Below are positions 7,937 to 18,414 of a stretch of 64,000 nucleotides of DNA, piece after piece (the first letter of the stretch is position 1; each line of letters starts with the position of its first letter). The notes under the pieces are model-generated. The model did not search any database, was not told the origin of the DNA, and saw only the letters and a list, made by a program, of their open reading frames with translations. The stretch lies in the IMG/VR virus record IMGVR_UViG_3300027782_000040; one strand, given 5' to 3'. This DNA is from a virus. A program made the translations under genes and the position numbers.

Positions 7937-10807
7937 ATGGCTAATCAGAATATTTTAAGATTTTACGGTTCCAAACTCGATTTGAAGGTAGATTATTCCG
8001 AATTATATGACTATGAACTATCAAAAGTTCAAATGGATTATAATGAAGAGGTCTTAGATTTCGATACGGAAATAACATATACAGGACTAACAATAGATTC
8101 TTCTTGTTTAACAGGACTAACTTCACCTTGGGAAGTAGAGGTAAATAAACCATACACTGGCGGTACCTGTGATTTTACTGTTCGTAGAAGAACAGAGAAG
8201 GGTTGGACATTAGATTTAGTTTTCGATAGATTAGTAACTGGATCGACATTTTACTATTTAGGAATTAAAGATGATTTAGCCAATGGGAATTACGCGGATA
8301 ATAATTTAACATTCTCATTTACCAATAATAAAAAAATAAAATGGGAATCTTACCATTATTCGGGGTCGTGTAATCCAGATAGCGGGTACACGGAGTCATA
8401 TTACACATTAACAGGTAATACTCCTGAATTGTGTGCGAATGGAATATATGACGATTTTAATATTACAATCACATTTGATAGATACACATATCTTTATGAT
8501 TGTGAGATTGAGAATGAGGGAGGATTTAATGATTTAATATTAGGTCCGCACGCGGTTAGTTATACTGATGAATTATGGGCTCCGACGACTGGAGATACTG
8601 GTAGTTTCTTTTCGGGTTCATTTATAGGACATTCAACACAAATCACCACAGGATACACAATGACTACAGGTTCATTAAATTGGATTACGGGTGATACTGA
8701 ATATAGTTATGTTGAAGAATTAAATAAGAAATGGGCCAGCGAAAAACAAAAAAGATTAGGAACACTTAAAATTTATCATAACGGTAAAAGAATATATAAA
8801 TTAGAAAACTTTGAGGAAATAATTCCATCATTAAGGTCTTCTGAAAATGAAATCGTACAAATTTTTGGTAGTAATGGTCTTAATGGTGTTTTAAAACAAG
8901 TTAAGTATTTTGAAGAACCGTTGGATTTTGTTCATGTTAATCATCATTATTTAACATCAATTAAACCAAATTATTCAATATATGGTTGTTCAGATGTTTT
9001 ACCAAGTCCTACACCAACACCAACTCCGAGTATTACTCCAACTAAAACGGTAACACCGACCCCAACACCTACACAGACAGGAACACCAACACCAACACCA
9101 ACACCTAGTATCACACCAACCAATACTGTAACGCCAACCAATACACCAACTATAACCCCATCACCTACACAGGCACCAGTATTTGAAACAGGGTTATTTA
9201 ATTTTGATTTTGATTATATGTTATGTGAATATTTCTTTAGTGATGGTTCTGATATGGATACTATGACTTATGTATCTAATCCATTAATAATGAATAATGA
9301 CTTTACCAATGGTTTACCTGGTGATTATGTTGGAACATGTGCATCATCGTCTAATGGACCGTCTAATGGAAATTGGATTGATCCATTTTTACTTTATGGT
9401 GGTGATAATTTAGGAACAGGAACTGAGGCAATTTTATTTGATTTAAATAAATTTAAAACACAGTATCCCTCCACAACAGATTTAGAATTAACGTTTACGG
9501 CAACATGGTACGGTTCAAAAGGATTTATACCTGTTATTATGAAATCAACAATGTGGAAAGGAGGAACACCGATTCAAGATGGTTACACATTTATTAATAC
9601 AGGTGCCACTCAAACAAAATTAGTTAAATCTAACGGTACAATTATAACAAGTAATACACAAAATTGCGAGGCATTTGAAATTGTTGATAAATTTGAATTT
9701 AATATATCATCCAAAAATGGTTACTTCTTAAATGGTAATCAAACTCCAACACCAACACCTACACCAACAAATACTGAAACTCCTACCTCAACGCCAACAC
9801 CTACGGTTACACCTACCAATACACCAACACCAACAGGAAGTGAAACTCCAACACCAACACCTACTGTTACTGAAACTCCAACTAATACACCAACACCTAC
9901 TGTTACTGAAACCCCTACTAATACCCCAACACCTACGGTTACGCCTACCAATACACCAACACCAACAGGAAGTGAAACTCCAACACCTACACCAACAAAT
10001 ACGGTTACACCTACGGAGACACCTACAAATACACCAACACCAACTATAACGCCAACAAACACGGTAACACCTACTCCAACTATATTGAGTACATATACTA
10101 ACACCGCAGAGATTTTTTACGACGCTGCAAATGCTTTGTCATACTCTGGTGGTACAACATTAACAAATATTGGTACATTGGGAAATGTTAGTGGAACGTT
10201 AGGTACTATAAGTGGTGTAACATTTGAAAGTGGAATTGCTCGTGGAGTATTTAATTTTAGTGGAAACACTTTTGCAAACTTAAGAAATAAAATTACATTT
10301 GACACATTTGATTTTGGAAATGAAATGACAACTACAGCTTGGATTTATCCTCGTGATTACGAACATAACGATTATTTCATTACATTAATGTCAAATGCTG
10401 TACAAAATTCATCTAGCCCTGGATTTAAAATGGTGTGGAGACTTAATTATAATGATATTAACGCCTATTCTAATCAAATGTTGTTTGAAAATGCGGGTGC
10501 AAGCGGTGGTTCAACACGTTTTACAAGTAGCCAACCAATAATAGGAAATACTTGGCAACATATTGCATATAAGTTTGATAAGACCAATAGAAAAATTAGT
10601 TTTTACCATAATGGTATTCTTTTAGGTGCTGAACAGATTACATCTGTTGGTGTTATAACAAACCAACCTTGGGTTATTGGGTCATTTATTGATGATGCGT
10701 TCTTTATGAATGCTAATTTAGGTGAATTTAGAGTATATAAAACATTGAGAAGTGATTCCAATATTTCAGACGAATATAATAACACCAAGTCAAGATACGG
10801 TTTATAA
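7937..10807 (+). CDS. Virion adhesin/fibre-like protein: Pro-Thr linkers and C-terminal LamG/ConA-like domain
   Basis: Two (PT)n tracts; C-terminal YDAAN..SYSG...WQHIAY...FYHNG...LGEFRVY...[11 protein letters not shown]. Start likely 7937, downstream of the promoter motif (track gives 7916). Confidence 0.8.
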   Translation: MANQNILRFYGSKLDLKVDYSELYDYELSKVQMDYNEEVLDFDTEITYTGLTIDSSCLTGLTSPWEVEVNKPYTGGTCDFTVRRRTEKGWTLDLVFDRLVTGSTFYYLGIKDDLANGNYADNNLTFSFTNNKKIKWESYHYSGSCNPDSGYTESYYTLTGNTPELCANGIYDDFNITITFDRYTYLYDCEIENEGGFNDLILGPHAVSYTDELWAPTTGDTGSFFSGSFIGHSTQITTGYTMTTGSLNWITGDTEYSYVEELNKKWASEKQKRLGTLKIYHNGKRIYKLENFEEIIPSLRSSENEIVQIFGSNGLNGVLKQVKYFEEPLDFVHVNHHYLTSIKPNYSIYGCSDVLPSPTPTPTPSITPTKTVTPTPTPTQTGTPTPTPTPSITPTNTVTPTNTPTITPSPTQAPVFETGLFNFDFDYMLCEYFFSDGSDMDTMTYVSNPLIMNNDFTNGLPGDYVGTCASSSNGPSNGNWIDPFLLYGGDNLGTGTEAILFDLNKFKTQYPSTTDLELTFTATWYGSKGFIPVIMKSTMWKGGTPIQDGYTFINTGATQTKLVKSNGTIITSNTQNCEAFEIVDKFEFNISSKNGYFLNGNQTPTPTPTPTNTETPTSTPTPTVTPTNTPTPTGSETPTPTPTVTETPTNTPTPTVTETPTNTPTPTVTPTNTPTPTGSETPTPTPTNTVTPTETPTNTPTPTITPTNTVTPTPTILSTYTNTAEIFYDAANALSYSGGTTLTNIGTLGNVSGTLGTISGVTFESGIARGVFNFSGNTFANLRNKITFDTFDFGNEMTTTAWIYPRDYEHNDYFITLMSNAVQNSSSPGFKMVWRLNYNDINAYSNQMLFENAGASGGSTRFTSSQPIIGNTWQHIAYKFDKTNRKISFYHNGILLGAEQITSVGVITNQPWVIGSFIDDAFFMNANLGEFRVYKTLRSDSNISDEYNNTKSRYGL
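9002..9180 (+). repeat. Pro-Thr coding repeat 1
   Basis: ACACCA-type repeats encoding PTPTPT. Confidence 0.85.
9743..10081 (+). repeat. Pro-Thr coding repeat 2 with higher-order duplications
   Basis: TPTPTVT(E)TPTN units; [23 protein letters not shown] block duplicated. Confidence 0.9.
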
Positions 10808-10829
10808 TAAAAATATATATTTATAACAT

Positions 10830-11183
10830 ATGGAATTCTTTATAAGACAAGGGGCATCTGACCCAATATTAAAATTGAGGATGATTGATGATGGTAAAAA
10901 CGACAAATCATCATTTAACGATTTATTGGAAAATGCAACAATCACATTTGACATGTTTGATGTTAGTACCGGTGAACCCGTGTTATTAAATGAAACTTGT
11001 AATATCACAACAAGAACAAAACTATATAACCAAACGACTGATGAATATTATATCATTTATAGATTTACCGAAGAACAGACATCTGAAATAGGTAAATTTG
11101 AAGGAAAGGTAAATGTGTCGTTTGATAATGGTAATAAACTTATATTACCTGTTAAAGAAAAACTTTACATTAATATTTTTTAA
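10830..11183 (+). CDS. BppU N-terminal-like adaptor domain protein
   Basis: FFIRQG...P.L...LENATITFDM...YRF...T...GKFEG.V.V.F.NG...ILP pattern. Confidence 0.6.
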   Translation: MEFFIRQGASDPILKLRMIDDGKNDKSSFNDLLENATITFDMFDVSTGEPVLLNETCNITTRTKLYNQTTDEYYIIYRFTEEQTSEIGKFEGKVNVSFDNGNKLILPVKEKLYINIF

Positions 11184-11232
11184 TTTCATTTCATTAGTAG
11201 AATTTATACTATTTATGATAAACAAAAAATAG

Positions 11233-12303
11233 ATGCCATCAACAAATCATTTTAAATTCGGAGCCTCAGGAATAAGTTCAGCAACTAGAGGCGGTTTTAG
11301 TGTTGGAGTAAAAGAAGGGGCCGATTACGGACCAACATCAACAACAGGTTTTTGGAACGGAGTAACTCCACCAGTAAGTGGATACACCATTTACGTAGAT
11401 AAAGCTTCACAAGGTCCTAGTATACACGTTGCGTCTAACAATTCACAATGTATTGGTATGTTATTGGCGATGGGTGCCACAGGTAGTACAATAGAAAATG
11501 TATTGGCGTGGGCTGATGGTCAAGCAAATATGGTAGTTTTAAGTGAAGAATTAGTTATAGGTGATTTACCAGGTGCGGGACCAAGTATTGTAACATCAGG
11601 TTTAGTATTAAACTTGGATGCTGGAAATGTTTCTTCATATTCCGGAACTGGAACAGTTTGGAATGACTTAAGTGGAAATGGATATACAGCTACAATGACT
11701 AGTTCTAACCCAACATTTGTAAGTAACGGTGCAGCTAGTTACTTTAACTTATCTAATAACAATAAATACATATACAACCACGATACAAGTGTACAAGGAT
11801 TTACATTTGCAACTAATACTGGAATACCACAAACTAATGGTTTCACAATTGAATTTATGTATTATATATCATCTTACAACTTTGGGAATGGACAAAATTC
11901 TATATTCTTAAATTCAGGTACAGGTGATGGTTATAGATTTGGTATTCTTAATGATGATTCTTTATACTTTATGATTGGAGATGGTAGTGGAACTGATAAT
12001 GCAACTGTAGGTAACGGAAGTGTAACTGTTGGAGCATGGTATCATATTGTTGGAGTATTTGATAGAACGAACGCATTAGGTGGAGGTGTTAATATATATG
12101 CATATTCAAACGGTATATCAAAAGGATCAACGGGTATTTCGCCACGTTCAGGAATGTCATTAGCAGCACCTAACATATCTTATGATGGTTGTTGTTCAGC
12201 ATTTGACGGACGATTAAATACATTAAGAGTTTATAATCGAGCATTAAATTCAACTGAAGTCACTCAAAACTTTAACACTGTAAAATCAAGATTTGGATTA
12301 TAA
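11233..12303 (+). CDS. Fibre/adhesin: shared N-terminal module + LamG domain
   Basis: IVTSGLVLNLDAGN..SYSGTGTVWNDLSGNG, WYHIVGV, RVYNRAL...EVTQNFN..KSRFGL. Confidence 0.8.
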   Translation: MPSTNHFKFGASGISSATRGGFSVGVKEGADYGPTSTTGFWNGVTPPVSGYTIYVDKASQGPSIHVASNNSQCIGMLLAMGATGSTIENVLAWADGQANMVVLSEELVIGDLPGAGPSIVTSGLVLNLDAGNVSSYSGTGTVWNDLSGNGYTATMTSSNPTFVSNGAASYFNLSNNNKYIYNHDTSVQGFTFATNTGIPQTNGFTIEFMYYISSYNFGNGQNSIFLNSGTGDGYRFGILNDDSLYFMIGDGSGTDNATVGNGSVTVGAWYHIVGVFDRTNALGGGVNIYAYSNGISKGSTGISPRSGMSLAAPNISYDGCCSAFDGRLNTLRVYNRALNSTEVTQNFNTVKSRFGL

Positions 12304-12671
12304 AATAAAACAAAAAATATATGTCACAACCAAGTACAAATCATTTTAAATTCGGAGCATCCGGAATAAGTTCAGCCACAAGAGGTGGCTTCAGCGTTGG
12401 AGTAAAGGAGGGTGCCGATTATGGCCCAACCTCATCAACAGGTTTTTGGAACGGAGTAAAACCACCAGTAGGTGGATACACCATTTACGTAGATAAAGCA
12501 TCACAAGGTCCAAGTATTCATGTGGCATCTAACAATGCTCAATGTATTGGTATGTTATTAGCAATTGGTGCTACAGGTAGTACAATAGAAAATGTATTGG
12601 CGTGGGCTGATGGTCAAGCAAATATGGCAGTTTTAAGTGCAGAATTAACTCTTGGTGATTTACCAGGTGCT
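11236..12671 (+). repeat. Direct repeat of ~340 bp (11236-11577 and 12330-12671) encoding near-identical N-termini
   Basis: PSTNHFKFGASGISSATRGGFSVGVKEGADYGPTS...GDLPGA present in both genes. Confidence 0.9.
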
Positions 12672-13148
12672 CCAGTAACTTATACTATAGGTCAAGCAGC
12701 CTTAGGTGGTATAATCGCTTATATTGATGGTGGTGGTTCTACAGGTACATCAGGATTAGTTGCTACAGTTGCAGATGTTTCTTCAGGTAATGCATCATGG
12801 GGATGTATTGGAACGGCGATATCGGGTGCAGATGGTACCGCTATAGGAACTGGAAATCAAAATACAATAGATATAATGGCTGGATGTGCTACCGCAGGAA
12901 TTGCAGCTAGAATTTGTGGAGATTTAACACAAAGTGGATATTCTGATTGGTATTTACCAAGTAAAGATGAGTTAAATGCATTATATACAAACAAAGCTTC
13001 TATTGGAGGTTTTGCGAATGACGCCTATTGGTCTTCTACGGAATATCACATTGCATCTGCAGCATATTACCAAGATTTCACTAATGGTTTTGTAACTGCA
13101 ACACCTAAGAACTCTGATTTATATGTACGTGCAGTGAGAAGCTTCTAA
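12321..13148 (+). CDS. Fibre/adhesin: shared N-terminal module + DUF1566/Lcl-like (C-type lectin fold) domain
   Basis: IGTGNQNT..I, GYSDWYLPSKDEL, YWSSTE, YVRAVRSF. Confidence 0.8.
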   Translation: MSQPSTNHFKFGASGISSATRGGFSVGVKEGADYGPTSSTGFWNGVKPPVGGYTIYVDKASQGPSIHVASNNAQCIGMLLAIGATGSTIENVLAWADGQANMAVLSAELTLGDLPGAPVTYTIGQAALGGIIAYIDGGGSTGTSGLVATVADVSSGNASWGCIGTAISGADGTAIGTGNQNTIDIMAGCATAGIAARICGDLTQSGYSDWYLPSKDELNALYTNKASIGGFANDAYWSSTEYHIASAAYYQDFTNGFVTATPKNSDLYVRAVRSF

Positions 13149-13168
13149 ACGTAAAACAAATAATTCAC

Positions 13169-13199
13169 AAGGAGGACCCAAAAAGTCCTCCTTTTTTTT
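13169..13199 (+). terminator. Rho-independent terminator
   Basis: GGAGGAC-N7-GTCCTCC followed by T8. Confidence 0.85.
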
Positions 13200-13225
13200 A
13201 TTACCGATTTTTTTATGTATATTTA

Positions 13226-13278
13226 TTAATGTAAACAAGGCAAACTGTGGTTATCCACAAGCTAATACGTCACATTAA
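13226..13278 (+). promoter_or_regulatory. Structured leader of the DNA polymerase gene, containing TTATCCACA
   Basis: Inner hairpin TGTGG-TTAT-CCACA (13246-13259); outer stem TTAATGT/ACATTAA. Confidence 0.4.
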
Positions 13279-13291
13279 AAAAATATAAAAC

Positions 13292-16189
13292 ATGAAAGAG
13301 GTTATCTCTCAGGAAGTTATTGAAGGCTTCCTCAATGGTGGTGACGACGAAATGTATATCGTCGGAGTTGAATATGACTACCCAACCAATACAATTTGGA
13401 AAATTATCCAAGACCCAATTGAAGGAAAAATTATTAAATCTGATACATTTACACCGTTTATATGGGTGGGTGATTTAACAGGATTAAATTTCTATAACAA
13501 CTCAAAGGCCATGCAAAAGAAACGTATGGGTGAGTTTGGAATATTAATTGAGAAGTTAGATACTCACGGCAACGAACGTTTAGAAAATGGTATGACCCAT
13601 ATCGTTAAGAGTATTAAATCATATACGGATTTAGTATCGTTCTTTAGAATGGGCGGATTAAATCCATGGGACGAAAAAGTAAGACATCATTTTACTGTAT
13701 TAAACCCTGTTGAACAATATCTTATACAAAAGAAAAAAAGATTATTTAAAGGTATTGATGAGTATAGTGGTGTTAATAGATTTGTATTTGATATTGAGAC
13801 CACTGGTCTTGACCCTGAAACTTGTGTTATTATATTAATAGGGGTTAAAGATAATCGTGGTATGAATGAAACCATTGCTGCATTTGGTGAAGATGGGGAA
13901 AAGAAATGTATTGAAAGATTTTTCAAATATATTAAAGATTTAAAACCAACCATTGTTGCAGGTTATAACTCCGCGTTCTTTGACTGGCCATTTATATTAA
14001 AACGTGCAGAAATACTTGGTGTTGACGTTAATGGTCTTACACAAATATTCACAACGCAAGGAATGAAAGAGAAAGAAGGAATGTTAAAACTTGCAAATGA
14101 AATTGAACCATATAAACAACACGTTATATGGGGATTCAATATTATTGATATTGCACATTCCGTAAGACGTGCTCAGGCAATCAACTCTGAAATTAAAAGT
14201 TGGGGGTTGAAATATATTACCACATATTTGGAGAAAGAAAAACCTAATCGGGTTTATGTGGATGGTGCAAAGATTTCCAAAATATATCTTGATAACGAAA
14301 GTTATTATGTAAATCCAAAGACAGGAAATTATAAACAAATTGGAGAACCTGGTACAGAAAATTTAACACAGAAATATCCTGGTAAATTTGAGATATGGAC
14401 AGGAAGAAAAATTGTAGAACAATATCTTGATGATGACTTGTACGAGACCATGGTTGTAGATGATTCATTTTCTCAATCAACATTCTTATTATCAAAACTC
14501 GTACCTACCACGTATGAAAGAATTGCAACAATGGGAACTGCAACACTATGGAAAATTATTATGTTAGCATGGTCTTATGAAAACAATTTAGCAATACCAG
14601 CAAAAGACGAGAAACGTGCAATCACTGGTGGTTTATCAAGATTACTTAACGTAGGTTATTCAAAGAATATTGTTAAGTTTGACTATGCATCACTCTATCC
14701 ATCTATTCAACTTGTATATGATGTGTTTCCTGATTGTGATGTGATGGGTGTTCAGAAATCAATGTTAAAATATTTCCGTGATATTCGTATCAAATATAAA
14801 TTACTTGCCGGTGAATTAAAAAATAGTGATCCAGTTCTTGCTGAAATGTATGATAGAAAACAATTACCAATTAAGATTTTTATCAATGCGTATTTCGGTA
14901 GTTTATCCGCACCACAAGTATTCCCTTGGGGGGATATGAATATGGGTGAAACCATTACCTGTGTTGGTCGTCAGTGTTTAAGAATGATGATTATGTTTTA
15001 TATGAAGAAAGGTTATAAACCTCTCGTAATGGACACGGATGGTGTAAACTTTGAAACACCACCGAATATTGATGATACGGTTTATATTGGTAAAGGATTA
15101 AATGAAATGGTTACATTAGGAAAAGAATATAAAGGTATTGAAGCGGATACTGCAGAGTTCAATGATATCTTTATGAGAAATGAAATGGGATTAGATATTG
15201 ATTATGTTGCACCATCATGTATTAATGTTTCTCGTAAGAACTATATCATTAAGATGATGAAGAAAGGAAAAGAGAAAATTAAATTAACAGGTAATACAAT
15301 TAAATCAAAAAAATTACAAACATATATTGTAGAGTTTTTAGATGAAGGATTAAAGTATTTGTTAAATGGTGATGGATTATCTTTTGTGGAATTATATTAT
15401 GAATTTGTAAGTAAAATTTATAATAAAGAAATTCCGTTATCAAAAATTGCAAATAAAGCTCGTGTTAAACAATCTATTAATGATTATAGAAAGTATGTTC
15501 AGAAGACAACTAAAGCTGGTTCATTAATGTCTCGTCAAGCACATATGGAATTAATTATGAGAAGTGATTATCCGGCAGGATTAGGAGACACAATCTATTA
15601 TATAAACAATGGTACAAAGAAATCATCAGGAGACGTTCAGAAAGTTAGTAGACCAAGTAAGAAAGTTTTAGAAGAATATCTTACAAAACATGGTACACCA
15701 ATGCCAGAAGATTATATTGAAGTGAATTGTTATATGATTGATGAAAAAGAAATATTAAACAATCCTGATTTAAAAGGTGATTATAATGTTCCTCGTTATC
15801 TTAATAATTTTAACAAACGTGTGGAACCATTGTTAGTTGTTTTTCATCCGTCAATTAGAGAAGATATATTAATTGAATCTCCTGACCAAAGACAATTCTT
15901 TACAAAATTACAATGTGAATTAGTTAATGGATTTCCATTAAAAGAAGAAGGTCAAGATAAATTAGATGAAGTAATGACTTTATCGGATAGTGAAGTTTTG
16001 TTTTGGAATCGTGTGGGTAGGGACCCTTACTTTATGTATGTGGAAAATAGTTTAGAACTTGCTGACCCATTTTGGGTGGACCATAATAGAAAAGTAATTT
16101 CGTTCCAAGAACAAAGTACCAAATCCAATGAAGAGGAGATTATTGAAACTAATGGTAATGATTATGCATTACACGCAATAGAAAGTTAG
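13292..16189 (+). CDS. polB: Family B DNA polymerase with 3'-5' exonuclease
   Basis: DIETTG (ExoI), GYNSAFFD (ExoII), DYASLYPS, KIFINAYFG, DTDG. Confidence 0.95.
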   Translation: MKEVISQEVIEGFLNGGDDEMYIVGVEYDYPTNTIWKIIQDPIEGKIIKSDTFTPFIWVGDLTGLNFYNNSKAMQKKRMGEFGILIEKLDTHGNERLENGMTHIVKSIKSYTDLVSFFRMGGLNPWDEKVRHHFTVLNPVEQYLIQKKKRLFKGIDEYSGVNRFVFDIETTGLDPETCVIILIGVKDNRGMNETIAAFGEDGEKKCIERFFKYIKDLKPTIVAGYNSAFFDWPFILKRAEILGVDVNGLTQIFTTQGMKEKEGMLKLANEIEPYKQHVIWGFNIIDIAHSVRRAQAINSEIKSWGLKYITTYLEKEKPNRVYVDGAKISKIYLDNESYYVNPKTGNYKQIGEPGTENLTQKYPGKFEIWTGRKIVEQYLDDDLYETMVVDDSFSQSTFLLSKLVPTTYERIATMGTATLWKIIMLAWSYENNLAIPAKDEKRAITGGLSRLLNVGYSKNIVKFDYASLYPSIQLVYDVFPDCDVMGVQKSMLKYFRDIRIKYKLLAGELKNSDPVLAEMYDRKQLPIKIFINAYFGSLSAPQVFPWGDMNMGETITCVGRQCLRMMIMFYMKKGYKPLVMDTDGVNFETPPNIDDTVYIGKGLNEMVTLGKEYKGIEADTAEFNDIFMRNEMGLDIDYVAPSCINVSRKNYIIKMMKKGKEKIKLTGNTIKSKKLQTYIVEFLDEGLKYLLNGDGLSFVELYYEFVSKIYNKEIPLSKIANKARVKQSINDYRKYVQKTTKAGSLMSRQAHMELIMRSDYPAGLGDTIYYINNGTKKSSGDVQKVSRPSKKVLEEYLTKHGTPMPEDYIEVNCYMIDEKEILNNPDLKGDYNVPRYLNNFNKRVEPLLVVFHPSIREDILIESPDQRQFFTKLQCELVNGFPLKEEGQDKLDEVMTLSDSEVLFWNRVGRDPYFMYVENSLELADPFWVDHNRKVISFQEQSTKSNEEEIIETNGNDYALHAIES

Positions 16190-17301
16190 ATAATATTAAT
16201 AGGTGCTGGCATAGCTCTAAACTTAAGAGATTTGTTTAGATTCTCTGCCTCACCTGCTTTTCTTTCAAGTATTTTGTCAGGACGTAATCTTTCTAATCTT
16301 GCCATAAGTTCTTCAACCAATTTAGATTTTTCATCTTTACCTTCAGTAATTAATGAACTGTAATCTAATTTAATTGTACTATCAGGAACTTGTAAATCAC
16401 CTGAAAACTTACCCCATATACGACCTAAACCTTCTTTAGAATAACCGATTAGATATTTTCTAACCCAATTCTGTGAAGGTTTATTTAAACTACCCCATGT
16501 TAATTCTTCCGTCATAACATCTGAAGGTAATTTAATAACATCTTTGTTTTTCTCTAAACAAGTATCTCTATCCATAGTTTCATAGTACCAATACCAAACG
16601 TTGTAGTTGTTTTTAGCGATAGAACCAAAGTCAAATTTACCACCTGGTACATTATAAAGGTGTACCAATTTCTTACCTTCAGGACCTGCAGTAATTTTAT
16701 ATGTCAAATCACCACCAATCATTCTACTCTTGAAGTTTCTGTCTTGCATCCTTAATAATAGGTCAAAACCTGGCGTCATAAAATATGAGCCAGCGGTTCC
16801 AACTTGAGCGTATCCACCCACACCACCGAAACCAACACCACCAAGTGCTCCAAAACCACCTAAAAATGGATCTACGATTGAGTCATTCAAAGTTGCACGT
16901 GTAAAGTATAATAACTCGTTAATTTCACGACCAGCAGGAATTTCATATACTTGTTGATTTTGTGAAACTGTAAAATAATCCTTCTTTAATTCACTTGTTC
17001 CACCAGCCTGTAAACCTACAATTTTGGAATACGAGTGAGTATATTGAGTTTCGTAATCTAAACTTCTTGTTGTAAAAGCCCTTGAAAGGGATTGTGTGTC
17101 TAAATCAAGACCCGCTAACGCCGACCATTGAGATTCAATTAACCAATCACTAACGTATTGTTCGTATTCTGATAGAGATAACTCTAAAAAGGTATCCATT
17201 TGTTCTTGTGTAAGTTCAATTCCACGAACTGGCATCCCCAAAAGGTGAAAAACCTGTGTATATAATTTATCTCTTTCTTCCGGTGTAATAATAGTGGGCA
17301 T
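16186..17301 (-). CDS. Neck/head-completion protein (T4 gp13-like)
   Basis: N-terminal LLGMPVRGIELTQEQM..FLELSL..Y; C-terminal WVRKY...LGRIWGKF. Confidence 0.7.
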   Translation of the reverse strand: MPTIITPEERDKLYTQVFHLLGMPVRGIELTQEQMDTFLELSLSEYEQYVSDWLIESQWSALAGLDLDTQSLSRAFTTRSLDYETQYTHSYSKIVGLQAGGTSELKKDYFTVSQNQQVYEIPAGREINELLYFTRATLNDSIVDPFLGGFGALGGVGFGGVGGYAQVGTAGSYFMTPGFDLLLRMQDRNFKSRMIGGDLTYKITAGPEGKKLVHLYNVPGGKFDFGSIAKNNYNVWYWYYETMDRDTCLEKNKDVIKLPSDVMTEELTWGSLNKPSQNWVRKYLIGYSKEGLGRIWGKFSGDLQVPDSTIKLDYSSLITEGKDEKSKLVEELMARLERLRPDKILERKAGEAENLNKSLKFRAMPAPINII

Positions 17302-17303
17302 AA

Positions 17304-17335
17304 TTTGGTATATTCTTATAAATATCTTATATTTG
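17304..17335 (+). promoter_or_regulatory. Bacteroidota-type housekeeping promoter, overlapping the opposite-strand TATTTATA motif of the neck gene
   Basis: TTTG (17304-07) - 20 nt - TATATTTG (17328-35) matches the -33/-7 consensus TTTG/TAnnTTTG. Confidence 0.65.
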
Positions 17336-17339
17336 TGTT

Positions 17340-18221
17340 ATGTCTAACACTAAACTAACTGAACTTAAAAATTATTCATCTGAAGATACGTCAGATTTTG
17401 ACTATATTTTGTCTGATGATACATTAAAAAATAAAATAATAGAACTTTGGGGTAATTTATTCTTTAGTGTTTATAGTAAACAAAAAGGAAGATGGACTAA
17501 AAGAATTAAAGAAAATGGCGGTTCTTATTATGGAGTTGTGGAGATAATAGAAGATGAAGAATATTGGGGACATATTAATAGAGGAAATACTAATTTTACG
17601 GCATTAACTCATTTTAAAAATGAAGTTAATTTTCTATTATTAAAAGATGAGATAAACGATACAATTAAATTTGATAGGGATTATACTAATAATTTTAACA
17701 ATATTAAAAAGATGTTTAGATATGCTGAAACATATAAAACACATTTAATATCTGATAAAAATGAGTTTTATTGGGAACTAAGAGAATATTGTTTTCGTTC
17801 ATGGTTAGCAGGACAAGAACATACTAAAGATTGGAAAAAAAATTGGAAATATTATTTTCCTGAAGCATTTGCGATGGAGATGAAAGACGATTTACCTGGA
17901 GACCCAATTGATATGTTTAACGGACACGATTGTATTATGTATGTTAAAGGTAAAAATACGGGAGAAACAATTTTTTGTGGAACACAAATTAAAGGAGTTT
18001 CTAAATGTGAATTGAGGGGAGAAGATTACTATGTTAGAGTTTCAATGACATTAAAGAATTATAATGATGTAATATTATTTGTTTTTTATGTCCCAAAAGA
18101 AAAAGAAATTTACATTTTTAAAAATGATAAAAAAAGTATTGAAAGATTAACTGAATATGGAAAACCTGTTTTTAAATTTCCATCTAAATTATTTATTAAA
18201 AAAGTAAGTAAAAATGACTAA
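17340..18221 (+). CDS. Hypothetical protein, possible PD-(D/E)xK nuclease
   Basis: GDPIDMFNGHD...TQIK resembles a D...D...(Q/E)xK active site; very AT-rich; inserted between conserved genes. Confidence 0.45.
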   Translation: MSNTKLTELKNYSSEDTSDFDYILSDDTLKNKIIELWGNLFFSVYSKQKGRWTKRIKENGGSYYGVVEIIEDEEYWGHINRGNTNFTALTHFKNEVNFLLLKDEINDTIKFDRDYTNNFNNIKKMFRYAETYKTHLISDKNEFYWELREYCFRSWLAGQEHTKDWKKNWKYYFPEAFAMEMKDDLPGDPIDMFNGHDCIMYVKGKNTGETIFCGTQIKGVSKCELRGEDYYVRVSMTLKNYNDVILFVFYVPKEKEIYIFKNDKKSIERLTEYGKPVFKFPSKLFIKKVSKND

Positions 18222-18414
18222 CACATTATTAGATTTATTTGAAACTGCGGGTAAGAACAATTTTGAATTTAACTACAAAACAGGTGAAGGTGAAAACGTT
18301 CTAACTTTGGATTTGGAAAATAAAATAGTAACTTTATTAATAGGTAACCCTGAAGATAAAGATTTAGAATTGACTTTAAGGGACGCAATAATAAAGATTA
18401 AAGGAGGCTTTTAA
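18214..18414 (+). CDS. Hypothetical protein, 66 aa
   Basis: Overlaps the upstream stop; plausible composition. Confidence 0.55.
   Translation: MTNTLLDLFETAGKNNFEFNYKTGEGENVLTLDLENKIVTLLIGNPEDKDLELTLRDAIIKIKGGF

Noticed and set aside
9732-10104. VGVG and Q/H/L-rich ORFs
   Set aside because: Alternative-frame readings of the Pro-Thr repeat
13231-13275. GGCAAAC-hairpin resembling a c-di-GMP-I riboswitch
   Set aside because: Lacks the GAAA loop, the GACGCAAAGC segment and the second stem
12321-13290. Complete diversity-generating retroelement
   Set aside because: No reverse transcriptase or template repeat seen in the window
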